DNA of 33,764 nucleotides from Nitriliruptorales bacterium (GCA_007126835.1 SLAO01000059.1:1-33764), one strand, 5' to 3'; shown: positions 16,815 to 27,099, counted from the first letter of the stretch. The notes: a model not told the origin generated them from the letters alone. Numbers and translations are program-made.

Positions 16815-17504
16815 ATGCTGACCGTGGCCGAGTACGCCAAACATCTCGACATGGCCGTGCACCTCCAGAAGCTGGGCGAGGCCGACATCCGCCAGTACGC
16901 GCGGCAGGCGCGAGAGGCCAACGTCGCGGCCTTCTACACCAACCCGTTCTGGAACGCGGTGGTGGCCGAGGAGCTCGCGGGGTCCGACGTGCGGGTGGGG
17001 GCCGGGATCGCGTTTCCCTACGGTGCCACCACGACCGGCGTCAAGTTCGCCGAGATCTCCGACGCCCTGGAGAACGGCGCGACCGCGGTGGACATGGTCG
17101 TCAACATCGGGGCGCTCAAGGACGGCAACTACGTCCTGATCGACAAGGAGCTCGCCGGGCTGCGGGACCGTTGCGCCGGCACCGCGCTGACCAAGCTGAT
17201 CTTCGAGGTCGCGTTCTTGACCGACGAGGAGATCGTCACCCTGACCCGGATGTGCTGTGACGCCGGCTTGGACTACGTGAAGACCTCGACGGGCACTGAG
17301 GGCTTCCCGACCGAGCACCACGTCAAGCTCATGCGCGACAGCATCACCAATGACCGGACCAAGCTGAAGGTGTCCGGGGTGCCCCGCCAGTTCACGCTCG
17401 CCGCAACCTTGTGGATGCTCGACATGGGCGTGGACCTGATGGGCACCCGCAGCGCCGCCAACCTCGTGGCCGAATACGCCGCGCACCTCGCCGAGAAGTC
17501 CTAG
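16815..17504 (+). CDS. DeoC/DERA-family class I aldolase, paralog 2
   Basis: 'AFPYGATT', 'VDMVVNIGALKDG', 'TKLIFEVAFLTDEEI', 'DYVKTSTGT' and 'KLKVSG'. A GAGGAGG RBS precedes ATG 16815. The gene starts 11 nt after paralog 1 ends. I trimmed the track ORF starting at 16437. Confidence 0.8.
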   Translation: MLTVAEYAKHLDMAVHLQKLGEADIRQYARQAREANVAAFYTNPFWNAVVAEELAGSDVRVGAGIAFPYGATTTGVKFAEISDALENGATAVDMVVNIGALKDGNYVLIDKELAGLRDRCAGTALTKLIFEVAFLTDEEIVTLTRMCCDAGLDYVKTSTGTEGFPTEHHVKLMRDSITNDRTKLKVSGVPRQFTLAATLWMLDMGVDLMGTRSAANLVAEYAAHLAEKS

Positions 17505-17520
17505 CCGGAAGGAACCGAAC

Positions 17521-19038
17521 ATGTCGCAGTACCTGGTAGGCATCGACGCCGGGACCACTGGCTGCAAGACGTGCATCTTCGATGTCGAAGGCACCGTCAT
17601 CGCATCCGACTACCGTGAGTACCCCTCGTACTACCCGAAGCCTGGCTGGGTCGAGCAGCTGTCGGAAGACCTCGTGCCGCCGCTGTTCGACTCGTGCAAG
17701 GCCGCGGTCGAGCGCTCCGGCGTGGACCCCGCAGAGATCGTCGCGCTGGCCATCTCGACACAGGGCTCGATCATCGGCCTGCTCGATGAGCGAGGCGAGA
17801 CCATCCGACCTTGGATCGGCTGGCAAGACCTACGGGGCGAGCCGTACCTCGAGGAGATCAAGAAGCTCATCCCGCAGGACCGGTACTACCAGATCACCGG
17901 CGACCCGCTCGGGGCGATCTTCTCGATCAGCAAGCTGGCCTGGCTCAAGGACAACGAGCCCGAAAACTGGGCGCGTGCCGAGCTGTTCTCCACCGAGCAG
18001 GACTTCCTCCTGCGCCAGTGGGGAGCCGACGAGTACTGGACGGACCTGTCCTCGGCTTCGCGCGAGGGCATGTTGGACATCGACAACTTCGTGTGGTCCA
18101 AGGAGATCCACGACCTGATGGGCATCCCCTTGGAGAAGCGGGCGAAGATTTCGACCGAGCCCGGCCAGGTGGTCGGGCGCCTGTCGAAGGAGGTCGCCGA
18201 GCGCAGCGGCCTGGCCGAGGGCACCCTGCTGTGCGTGGGCGCGCACGACCAGAACTGCTCGACGTTCGGGGCCGGTGCGGTTCGCGGCGGCGACACGGTC
18301 ATGGTCATCGGCACGTTCGGCTCGTGCTTCGTCGTCATGGACGAATCCAAGCGGGACCCCAACGCCAAGCTCGTCGTCAAGCCCAACCACGGCTTGGACA
18401 ACTGGACGATCGAGGCGTTCTCGGTCACGTCGGCATCGGCGTTCCGCTGGTACCGGGACACGTTCGCGGACCTGGAGGTCGCCGCCTCCAAGCAGCTGCG
18501 CGAGGACCCCTACGACCTGATCACCCGAGCCATCGCGGGCGTGCCTCCCGGCTCGGACGGCATCACGTTCCTGCCCTTCCTGCAGGGCGCGTCGGGTGCG
18601 CGCCTCAACGCCAACGCCCGCGGCACGTTCGTGGGGATGAGCCTGGGCACGTCGAAGGCCGCGATGGCCCGCGCGGTGCTTGAGGGAATCTCCTTCGAGA
18701 TGAAGGACATCCTGCTCGCCCAAGCCGCCGCCGGGATCGACATCGGCGCCATCCGTCTGACCGGCGGAGCGGCGAAGTCGCCGATGTGGTGCCAGATGCT
18801 CGCCGACATCTTCCAGCGACCCATCGAGCTGCTGCAGACCTCCGAAACCGGCGCCCTCGGTGCGGCCCTGTACGCCGGGGTTGGGGCAGGCATCTACGCC
18901 GACTGCACCGAGGCGGCCGATCGCGCGGTGAAGATCAGCAAGCGCTACGAGCCCGACCCCACCGTCGTGGACCAGTACGAGGAGGCCTTCGACCGCTTCG
19001 TCCGCGTCTACGAAGCACTCGACGGCCGGATCTTCTAG
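17521..19038 (+). CDS. FGGY-family carbohydrate kinase (xylulokinase-like)
   Basis: 'YLVGIDAGTTGCKTCIFDVEG', 'GWVEQLSEDL', 'LCVGAHDQNCSTFGAG' and 'RLTGGAAKSPMWCQMLADIFQRPI'. A GGAAGGAA RBS precedes the start, which is 16 nt after the preceding gene. Confidence 0.9.
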   Translation: MSQYLVGIDAGTTGCKTCIFDVEGTVIASDYREYPSYYPKPGWVEQLSEDLVPPLFDSCKAAVERSGVDPAEIVALAISTQGSIIGLLDERGETIRPWIGWQDLRGEPYLEEIKKLIPQDRYYQITGDPLGAIFSISKLAWLKDNEPENWARAELFSTEQDFLLRQWGADEYWTDLSSASREGMLDIDNFVWSKEIHDLMGIPLEKRAKISTEPGQVVGRLSKEVAERSGLAEGTLLCVGAHDQNCSTFGAGAVRGGDTVMVIGTFGSCFVVMDESKRDPNAKLVVKPNHGLDNWTIEAFSVTSASAFRWYRDTFADLEVAASKQLREDPYDLITRAIAGVPPGSDGITFLPFLQGASGARLNANARGTFVGMSLGTSKAAMARAVLEGISFEMKDILLAQAAAGIDIGAIRLTGGAAKSPMWCQMLADIFQRPIELLQTSETGALGAALYAGVGAGIYADCTEAADRAVKISKRYEPDPTVVDQYEEAFDRFVRVYEALDGRIF

Positions 19039-19146
19039 CGAGGGCCGCAGCGGTCGTCGGCAACGTCGCGGCCTCCGTGGATCGGGTGGATGAGCCCATC
19101 CACGGGGGCCGCGGAACGTGGCGTACGCGGCGCGGGCATTGGGCGA

Positions 19147-20040
19147 TCACGCGCTGGCTTCGCGAGGGTGGAGCAAGGCGCGGACCTGCGCGATCGTGGC
19201 GGTGGCCTTGGCCCCCGCGCGCCGAGCTGCGTCGTCGAGCCCCGAGAAGTCCAGCACCCGCACATCCGGACCAAGGTCCGGGCGCAGCGCCAGGTCCGCG
19301 TCCGACAAGCGCTCCTCGACGAACGCGCGCTGCCCCAGCTCCACTCCTCGCAGCAGCCCGCTGACCGGCCCTTCGGGCTCCTCGGCGAGCAGGCCCGGCC
19401 CGACCGGGACCGCCGCCACGACGACGTCGGCGCCCAGATCCCGAGCCACGTCCACTGGGGCCGGGTCGCTGAACGCTCCGTCCACCAGGAGCTGATCGCC
19501 GCGCCTGACCGGACGGGTCACGCCCGGCAAGGCAGACGAAGCCAGCGTCGCTTCGCTGACCAGCCCGCGGTCGAGCACCGCCCGGCTTCCGGCCGTCAGG
19601 TCGGTGGCGACCAGGGCGAGCGGGATGCGGGTGGCGTCGAACGTCAGTGACGCCCCCACCAGCTCGTCCAGCGAGCGGCGTCCCAGGGATTCGTAGCCCT
19701 GACGGCCCCACGTCCACACCGAAGGTGCCAGTTGGCGGGCGCTGCGCAGCGCGCCTCGCAGCCGGGCGAACGTCTCGTCGTCCGCGACGCCGGCGGTGGC
19801 CGGCAGGCGACTGCGGTCCACCGCCTGCAGGGCATCGGACCAGTCGGTGCGTGCCCCGTACGCCGCCGCCACGATCGCCGCGGTCGACACTCCGACGAGC
19901 ACGTCGGGCGAGAGCCCGGCGCGTTCGTACACCCCCAGCACCCCGGCGGCTGACAGGCCCCGTACGCCTGTGCCGCCGAGGACGAGGCCCAGCTTCAGCC
20001 GTTCGCCGTCCACACCCTCCATGGTGCCCACCTCGACCAT
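19147..20040 (-). CDS. Patatin-like phospholipase
   Basis: 'LGLVLGGTGVRGLSAAGVL' is the oxyanion-hole Gly-rich/Arg motif. 'LVGVSTAAIVAAAYG' is a GxSxA variant of GxSxG. 'LLVDGAFSDPAPVD' carries the catalytic Asp (DGA). The start is ATG 20040 or ATG 20022; the track ORF up to 20715 is an over-extension. Confidence 0.75.
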   Translation of the reverse strand: MVEVGTMEGVDGERLKLGLVLGGTGVRGLSAAGVLGVYERAGLSPDVLVGVSTAAIVAAAYGARTDWSDALQAVDRSRLPATAGVADDETFARLRGALRSARQLAPSVWTWGRQGYESLGRRSLDELVGASLTFDATRIPLALVATDLTAGSRAVLDRGLVSEATLASSALPGVTRPVRRGDQLLVDGAFSDPAPVDVARDLGADVVVAAVPVGPGLLAEEPEGPVSGLLRGVELGQRAFVEERLSDADLALRPDLGPDVRVLDFSGLDDAARRAGAKATATIAQVRALLHPREASA

Positions 20041-20161
20041 GACGATCGAGCGGTGCGCGTGGCCGGCGCATTCTCGTCGTCCGATTCTGCCCGGAACCGG
20101 GCCGTGTCCCGCGGGCGAACTACACTGTGGCCGCATCCCCGGCCCCGACCGTGAGGTCCCG

Positions 20162-21181
20162 GTGAACCAACCCCCGCAGCATCCCGGTTTCCGACGGCTG
20201 GCCACGGTGACCGCGGCGTTGACCCTGGGGCTCATCGCCCTGGGAGGCGCCGTCCGCGCCACCGACTCCGGCCTGGCCTGCCCCACGTGGCCTGGATGCT
20301 TCACCGCCGGGGACTTCATCCCGCCCGCGGACTTGAACGTCTGGCTGGAGCACTCCCACCGCCTCGTCGCCATCGTGGTTGGCTTGCTGGTCGCATGGTT
20401 GACCCTGTGGGTCCTGATGCGCTTCCGCCACCGCCGGGACCTGCTGTGGCCGACGCTGGCGGCGGCCGTGTCGGTCAACGTCCAGGCCGTGCTCGGGGCG
20501 TTCGTGGTGTGGCGCTGGCTCGAGGCCTGGCTGGTCACCGCGCACCTGACGTTGGCGATGCTGATCCTGGCGACGATGCTGGCCATCGCGGTCAACGCGT
20601 CGCATCCCCGGCCGACCCGGGCGGTCAGCCGGAAGCTCGACCTGCGCTTGGGACGCTGGTCGGCAGGCGTGGCGACGTTCGCCCTGGTGCAGATCGCGGT
20701 GGGGGGACAGGTCACCGGCGTGGGAGCCGGTCTTGCCTACCGTCTCCAGGGCTTTCCGCTGATGGACGGCGCGGTGTTCCCAGCCGTGACCGAGGCGACG
20801 AGCCGGCAGCTGTACCACGCAAGCCACCGCATGCTGGGGTTCGCGCTGCTGCTTGCCGTCGCATGGCTGTGGTGGCGCGCGGCCCGCGAGCGCTCTGCCC
20901 GACAGCAGGCCGGCAGCTGGAGCGAACGGCACGACTGGCTCGTTTGGCTGCCAGCCCTCGCCACCGGCTTGGTCGTCTTGCAGATCGGCATCGGGGTGAC
21001 CAACATCGCCTCGGACTTGTCCTGGCTGTCGGTCATCCCGCACCTGGCCGTGGCCAGTTGGATCTACACCGCGTTGTTCCTGCACACGATGCTGGCCTAC
21101 CGCTGGGCGGACCCTGTTGAGGCTCGAACCACAGGCCGGCCCGAGGCGACCGCAGACACCGCAGCGCAGGCCCGCCCGTGA
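20162..21181 (+). CDS. ctaA: Heme A synthase (COX15/CtaA family)
   Basis: 'LGLIALGGAVRATDSGLACPTWPGCF' and 'LEHSHRLVA' (His ligands), with a second half carrying 'YHASHRMLGF' and 'VIPHLAVASW'. The protein is polytopic. GTG 20162 has a GAGG RBS. I trimmed the track ORF starting at 19796. Confidence 0.85.
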   Translation: MNQPPQHPGFRRLATVTAALTLGLIALGGAVRATDSGLACPTWPGCFTAGDFIPPADLNVWLEHSHRLVAIVVGLLVAWLTLWVLMRFRHRRDLLWPTLAAAVSVNVQAVLGAFVVWRWLEAWLVTAHLTLAMLILATMLAIAVNASHPRPTRAVSRKLDLRLGRWSAGVATFALVQIAVGGQVTGVGAGLAYRLQGFPLMDGAVFPAVTEATSRQLYHASHRMLGFALLLAVAWLWWRAARERSARQQAGSWSERHDWLVWLPALATGLVVLQIGIGVTNIASDLSWLSVIPHLAVASWIYTALFLHTMLAYRWADPVEARTTGRPEATADTAAQARP

Positions 21182-22134
21182 ACCCTGGGCACACGTCGGC
21201 CAGGCCCGTTGCCGCCGACTACGCTGGTCACCGTCGCGGGTGGCGGGGCACCATCCGGGCCTACGTCGCGCTGACCAAGCCGCGGATCATCGAGTTGCTG
21301 CTGGTGACGACCGTGCCGACGATGATCGTCGCCGAGCGGGGGTTGCCCCACTGGTGGCTGATCCTCGCGACGCTTGTCGGGGGCACGCTGGCGGCTGCGA
21401 GCGCCAACACGATCAACTGCTTCGTCGATCGCGACATCGACGAGCGGATGGCGCGAACCGCGCACCGTCCCCTGGTCACCGACGACGTGGGCCCTGTCAA
21501 CGCGTTGCGGTTCGGCATCGTGCTCGGCGTGTTGTCGTTCGTCTGGCTGCTGGCGACGGTCAACGCCCTATCGGCGACGCTGGCGGTCGTCGCGATCTTG
21601 TTCTACGTCTTCGTCTACACCATCGGGTTGAAGCGTCGCTCGGCGCAGAACATCGTGATCGGTGGCGCCGCCGGCTGCATGCCGGTGCTGATCGGCTGGG
21701 CCGCCGTCACCGGAGAGCTGGGGCTGCCGGCGATCGTCCTGTTCGCGATCGTGTACTACTGGACCCCGCCGCACTTCTGGGCGCTCGCGCTCAAGCATCG
21801 CGTGGAGTACGCCGCCGCCGGCGTGCCGATGCTGCCGGTCGTGGCGGGCTTCGCCGAGACGACCAAGCAGATCCTGCTCCACAGCGTGATCATGGTCTCG
21901 GTCACGTTGATGTTCGGGGCCATCGGCGGGATGGGCCTGCTGTACCTGACCGCTGCCGTGGCCCTGGGCGCGCGCTTCCTCCATCTTGCGTGGCGCCTGC
22001 GCCGGGCGGAGGATGACCAAGCCGGCGACCGGCTCGCGATGCGGCTGTTCCGGTTCTCGATCACCTACCTGGGGCTGCTGTTCGTGGCCATGGCGGTCGA
22101 CGCGTTGCTGGCCGGGTGGGGCATTCTGGCCTGA
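21178..22134 (+). CDS. ctaB: Protoheme IX farnesyltransferase (heme O synthase)
   Basis: 'YVALTKPRIIELLLVTT', 'NCFVDRDIDERMARTAHRPLV' and 'YYWTPPHFWALAL' are the UbiA/CyoE signatures. The GTG start overlaps the ctaA stop (GTGA). Confidence 0.92.
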   Translation: MNPGHTSARPVAADYAGHRRGWRGTIRAYVALTKPRIIELLLVTTVPTMIVAERGLPHWWLILATLVGGTLAAASANTINCFVDRDIDERMARTAHRPLVTDDVGPVNALRFGIVLGVLSFVWLLATVNALSATLAVVAILFYVFVYTIGLKRRSAQNIVIGGAAGCMPVLIGWAAVTGELGLPAIVLFAIVYYWTPPHFWALALKHRVEYAAAGVPMLPVVAGFAETTKQILLHSVIMVSVTLMFGAIGGMGLLYLTAAVALGARFLHLAWRLRRAEDDQAGDRLAMRLFRFSITYLGLLFVAMAVDALLAGWGILA

Positions 22135-22151
22135 TCGGCGGTGCCGTCTGC

Positions 22152-22532
22152 TCAGCGGCTGCGCTGCTTGGCGTCTTCGGACGGACGCACCATCAGGTCA
22201 CCGCACAGCCACAGGGCCTTTGACCAGGGGTAGAACGCGATCGGGAACACGATCATCAAGCTGATGCCCCCGACCAGGAAGAAGGTCCATGGGGGATCAG
22301 GCCACGTCAGCGTCAACCCGCCGAGCAGGAACGCGAAGAACGCGAGCTGCGCCCCGCCGATGTTCAGGATCATCGCGCCGACCCAGTACCCCTCCTCGCG
22401 TTCGAACGGGAACCCGCAAGTGGGACAGGCCTCACGCAGCGTGAAGTAGCCGGAGAACACGCCCCGGCCGCCGCAGACCACACAGCGCCGCGCGAGCGCG
22501 CGGCCCAGCATCCGCAGTCGGCCGGGGCGCAT
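22152..22532 (-). CDS. DUF983-type zinc-ribbon membrane protein
   Basis: 'CVVCGGRGVFSGYFTLREACPTCGFPFEREEGYWVGAMILNI' is a CxxC...CxxC ribbon followed by two hydrophobic helices, the DUF983 architecture. A GGAGG RBS precedes ATG 22532. Confidence 0.7.
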   Translation of the reverse strand: MRPGRLRMLGRALARRCVVCGGRGVFSGYFTLREACPTCGFPFEREEGYWVGAMILNIGGAQLAFFAFLLGGLTLTWPDPPWTFFLVGGISLMIVFPIAFYPWSKALWLCGDLMVRPSEDAKQRSR

Positions 22533-22552
22533 CGGTCAACCTCCGCTCTGGG

Positions 22553-22582
22553 GCGCTGCGCGGCGTCGACGCCGCGCAGCGC
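22553..22582 (-). terminator. Perfect 30-bp palindrome; candidate U-tract-less terminator or processing hairpin after ppdK
   Basis: GCGCTGCGCGGCGTCGACGCCGCGCAGCGC is identical to its own reverse complement (15-bp arms, GTCGAC centre). On the minus strand it begins 34 nt after the ppdK stop and ends 20 nt before the DUF983 start. Confidence 0.4.
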
Positions 22583-22615
22583 ACCGGGCGGGACACCGCC
22601 TGGTGCCAGCCGGTG

Positions 22616-25249
<2,634 letters not shown>

Positions 25250-25275
25250 GGATGCTCCTCTCGGATGCGGGTGCG

Positions 25276-26409
25276 TTAGGAAAGCGGAGGCAGGAACGGG
25301 ACGACGTCATCCGTGCGCCATCCCAGCTCTCCGTCGACGGCGATCACCCCGTCGACGGCAGCCACCGCCATATGAATGGTGGAAACATGGCTGCGGGCCT
25401 GTGCATGGCCTGCAATCTCGACGATACCCCACTGGACGCGGGCAGTGACCTCCGGCTCGTCGAGTTCGGTCAGCACCTCGGTCACGGCGGCTTCGATGAC
25501 AGCGTCGGCCCGGATGAGGGCTCGCAGGACATCGTGTCGCGTGACGATGCCGACGATCCTACTTCCGTCGACCACGACGAGCCGGGCCACCCGTTCGTCG
25601 AGCATGACGCGCACGGCGGCGCGGAGCGCGGCGCCGGGCACGGTGACGAGCGCCGGGCGGCTGCAGGCCTCGCCGACGCTCCTGGCGCGAGCACGCAGGT
25701 CGTGTAACTCGGTCTCGCGGTGCAGCCCTCGCGGCGGCTCGGCCTCCTTGGCCAACAGATCGGCCTCGGAGATGACCCCGACCAGCGACCCGTCGCCGGC
25801 GATCACGGGGGCCCCGCCGATGCCGTGATGGAACAGCAGCAAAGCAGCGGTGCGCAGCGGCAGCTCCTCGTCGACCACGAGCGGGTCGGCGGTCATCACG
25901 TCGGCCACCGTCAGGGTCGAGGGACGCTCTTCCCGCTTGGGCGGCTCGGCCGGTCCGGTGGGCAGCCGCTCGGCGAGGCGCTCGACGAGTTCCTCCGCGG
26001 TGGCTTGCGCGAGCACGCGGAGCGCCCCGCCGTCGGCGAGGACGCCCACGGGGCCGAACGGGGGGCGGTACCGGCCCGTCAGGGTCACCTGGGCGCGGTT
26101 GCTCGATAGCGGTTCGAGCTCGACGGCACCGTCGAAGCGCGGGAAGGCCAACCGGCCGGGCTCGGCCTCCCACGTCAACGGGATGGACAGGCGCCTGCCC
26201 CGGCGACCTGCAACCCCGGCATGGACCCGGACCTGCTTGGCGGTGTCGAACCCGGCAACCTCGGCATGCAGTCGGGCCAGGAACGACCCGTCAACGTCCG
26301 GTGTAGCCTCGGGCTCGGCCAGGAGCGCGGTCAGCCCGACGCACAGGCGTTCCTCGAGCGCGGTGACGTCACCTGCGACGTGCCGGTACGCGTACAGCCA
26401 GCGTTCCAT
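25276..26409 (-). CDS. Three-part fusion: unknown N-terminal domain (paralog of 28915-29433), CBS pair and BON-like C-terminus
   Basis: The CBS pair reads 'VADVMTADPLVVDEELPLRTAALLLFHHGIGGAPVIAGDGSLVGVISEADLL' and 'LVTVPGAALRAAVRVMLDERVARLVVVDGSRIVGIVTRHDVLRAL'. The C-terminal 'VTARVQWGIVEIAGHAQARSHVSTIHMAVAAVDGVIAVDGEL' looks like a BON domain. ATG 26409 has a GGAGG RBS. I trimmed the track ORF that extends to 26565. Confidence 0.7.
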   Translation of the reverse strand: MERWLYAYRHVAGDVTALEERLCVGLTALLAEPEATPDVDGSFLARLHAEVAGFDTAKQVRVHAGVAGRRGRRLSIPLTWEAEPGRLAFPRFDGAVELEPLSSNRAQVTLTGRYRPPFGPVGVLADGGALRVLAQATAEELVERLAERLPTGPAEPPKREERPSTLTVADVMTADPLVVDEELPLRTAALLLFHHGIGGAPVIAGDGSLVGVISEADLLAKEAEPPRGLHRETELHDLRARARSVGEACSRPALVTVPGAALRAAVRVMLDERVARLVVVDGSRIVGIVTRHDVLRALIRADAVIEAAVTEVLTELDEPEVTARVQWGIVEIAGHAQARSHVSTIHMAVAAVDGVIAVDGELGWRTDDVVPFLPPLS

Positions 26410-26420
26410 GGTGGCCTCCG

Positions 26421-26441
26421 TGTCCGGGGGCGGCCCGGACA
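26421..26441. promoter_or_regulatory. Perfect 8-bp inverted repeat abutting the RBS of the CBS-BON gene
   Basis: TGTCCGGG-GGCGG-CCCGGACA (26421-26441). It lies 12 nt upstream of ATG 26409 on the minus strand, next to the GGAGG RBS. Confidence 0.3.
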
Positions 26442-26534
26442 GCAACGACGGTACGTCACAGCATCTCCTGCGAGGCGGGATGACAGCAGGGCCGTCGGCC
26501 TGTGCCGCCGAGGTCCTCATGGTCCTCCGCGATC

Positions 26535-26549
26535 GGGGACGATTGCCCC
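26535..26549. promoter_or_regulatory. DosR/DevR-box-like palindrome in the divergent intergenic region
   Basis: GGGGACGATTGCCCC. The 14-nt core GGGACGATTGCCCC matches 11/14 positions of the mycobacterial DosR core GGGACTWWAGTCCC. It lies about 95 bp upstream of the CBS gene ATG at 26637. Confidence 0.3.
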
Positions 26550-26636
26550 TGCCAAGGTGGCACATCCGGGGCAGACTCCGGGTGAGAGCGGTCCCGCCCG
26601 CGGGCAGCTCCAGATCCCGACGCGGGAGGAGGCGCC

Positions 26637-27065
26637 ATGCTGGTCCGCAACTGGATGAGTCCAGACCCCGTCACCGTCACACCGTCGACTGAGGTTGCCG
26701 AGGCTCGGCGCCTGATGCGCTACTACGGTGTCCGTCACCTCCCCGTCGTGGGCGACGACGGCTTCGTCGTCGGCATGATCAGCGACCGCGACGTCCGGAT
26801 CGACGATGCCGAGGTGCGCCGCCTGGCGGCCATGGGGCGCGTCGGCGAGGCGACCGGGGAGGGTCAGCTCGTCGAGGCGGTCATGAGCTCACCGGTGCAC
26901 ACCGTGGGCGTGGACGAGCCGGTCGAGGCCGCGGCGCGCCAGATGCTGTCCCGGCGCGTGTCCGCGCTGCCGGTGGTCGACGGTGAGCGGCAGATGCAGG
27001 GTGTGATCACCACCACCGACTGCCTCTTGGCCTCCCTGTCACCCGAACCGGTGGGCGAGGGGTAG
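26637..27065 (+). CDS. Stand-alone CBS-pair protein (Hrp1/Rv2626c-like)
   Basis: The two CBS motifs are 'VRNWMSPDPVTVTPSTEVAEARRLMRYYGVRHLPVVGDDGFVVGMISDRDV' and 'VMSSPVHTVGVDEPVEAAARQMLSRRVSALPVVDGERQMQGVITTTD'. A GGGAGGAGG RBS precedes the start. Confidence 0.85.
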   Translation: MLVRNWMSPDPVTVTPSTEVAEARRLMRYYGVRHLPVVGDDGFVVGMISDRDVRIDDAEVRRLAAMGRVGEATGEGQLVEAVMSSPVHTVGVDEPVEAAARQMLSRRVSALPVVDGERQMQGVITTTDCLLASLSPEPVGEG

Positions 27066-27099
27066 CTGAGCGAACGCGGGGCTGGTTGCGGCCGCGGGG

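Noticed and set aside
19147-20040. Patatin-like protein as a CBASS-type (CapV-like) anti-phage effector.
   Set aside because: No CD-NTase/cyclase, E1/E2/JAB or other defence genes are adjacent. The neighbours are housekeeping metabolic and heme biosynthesis genes.
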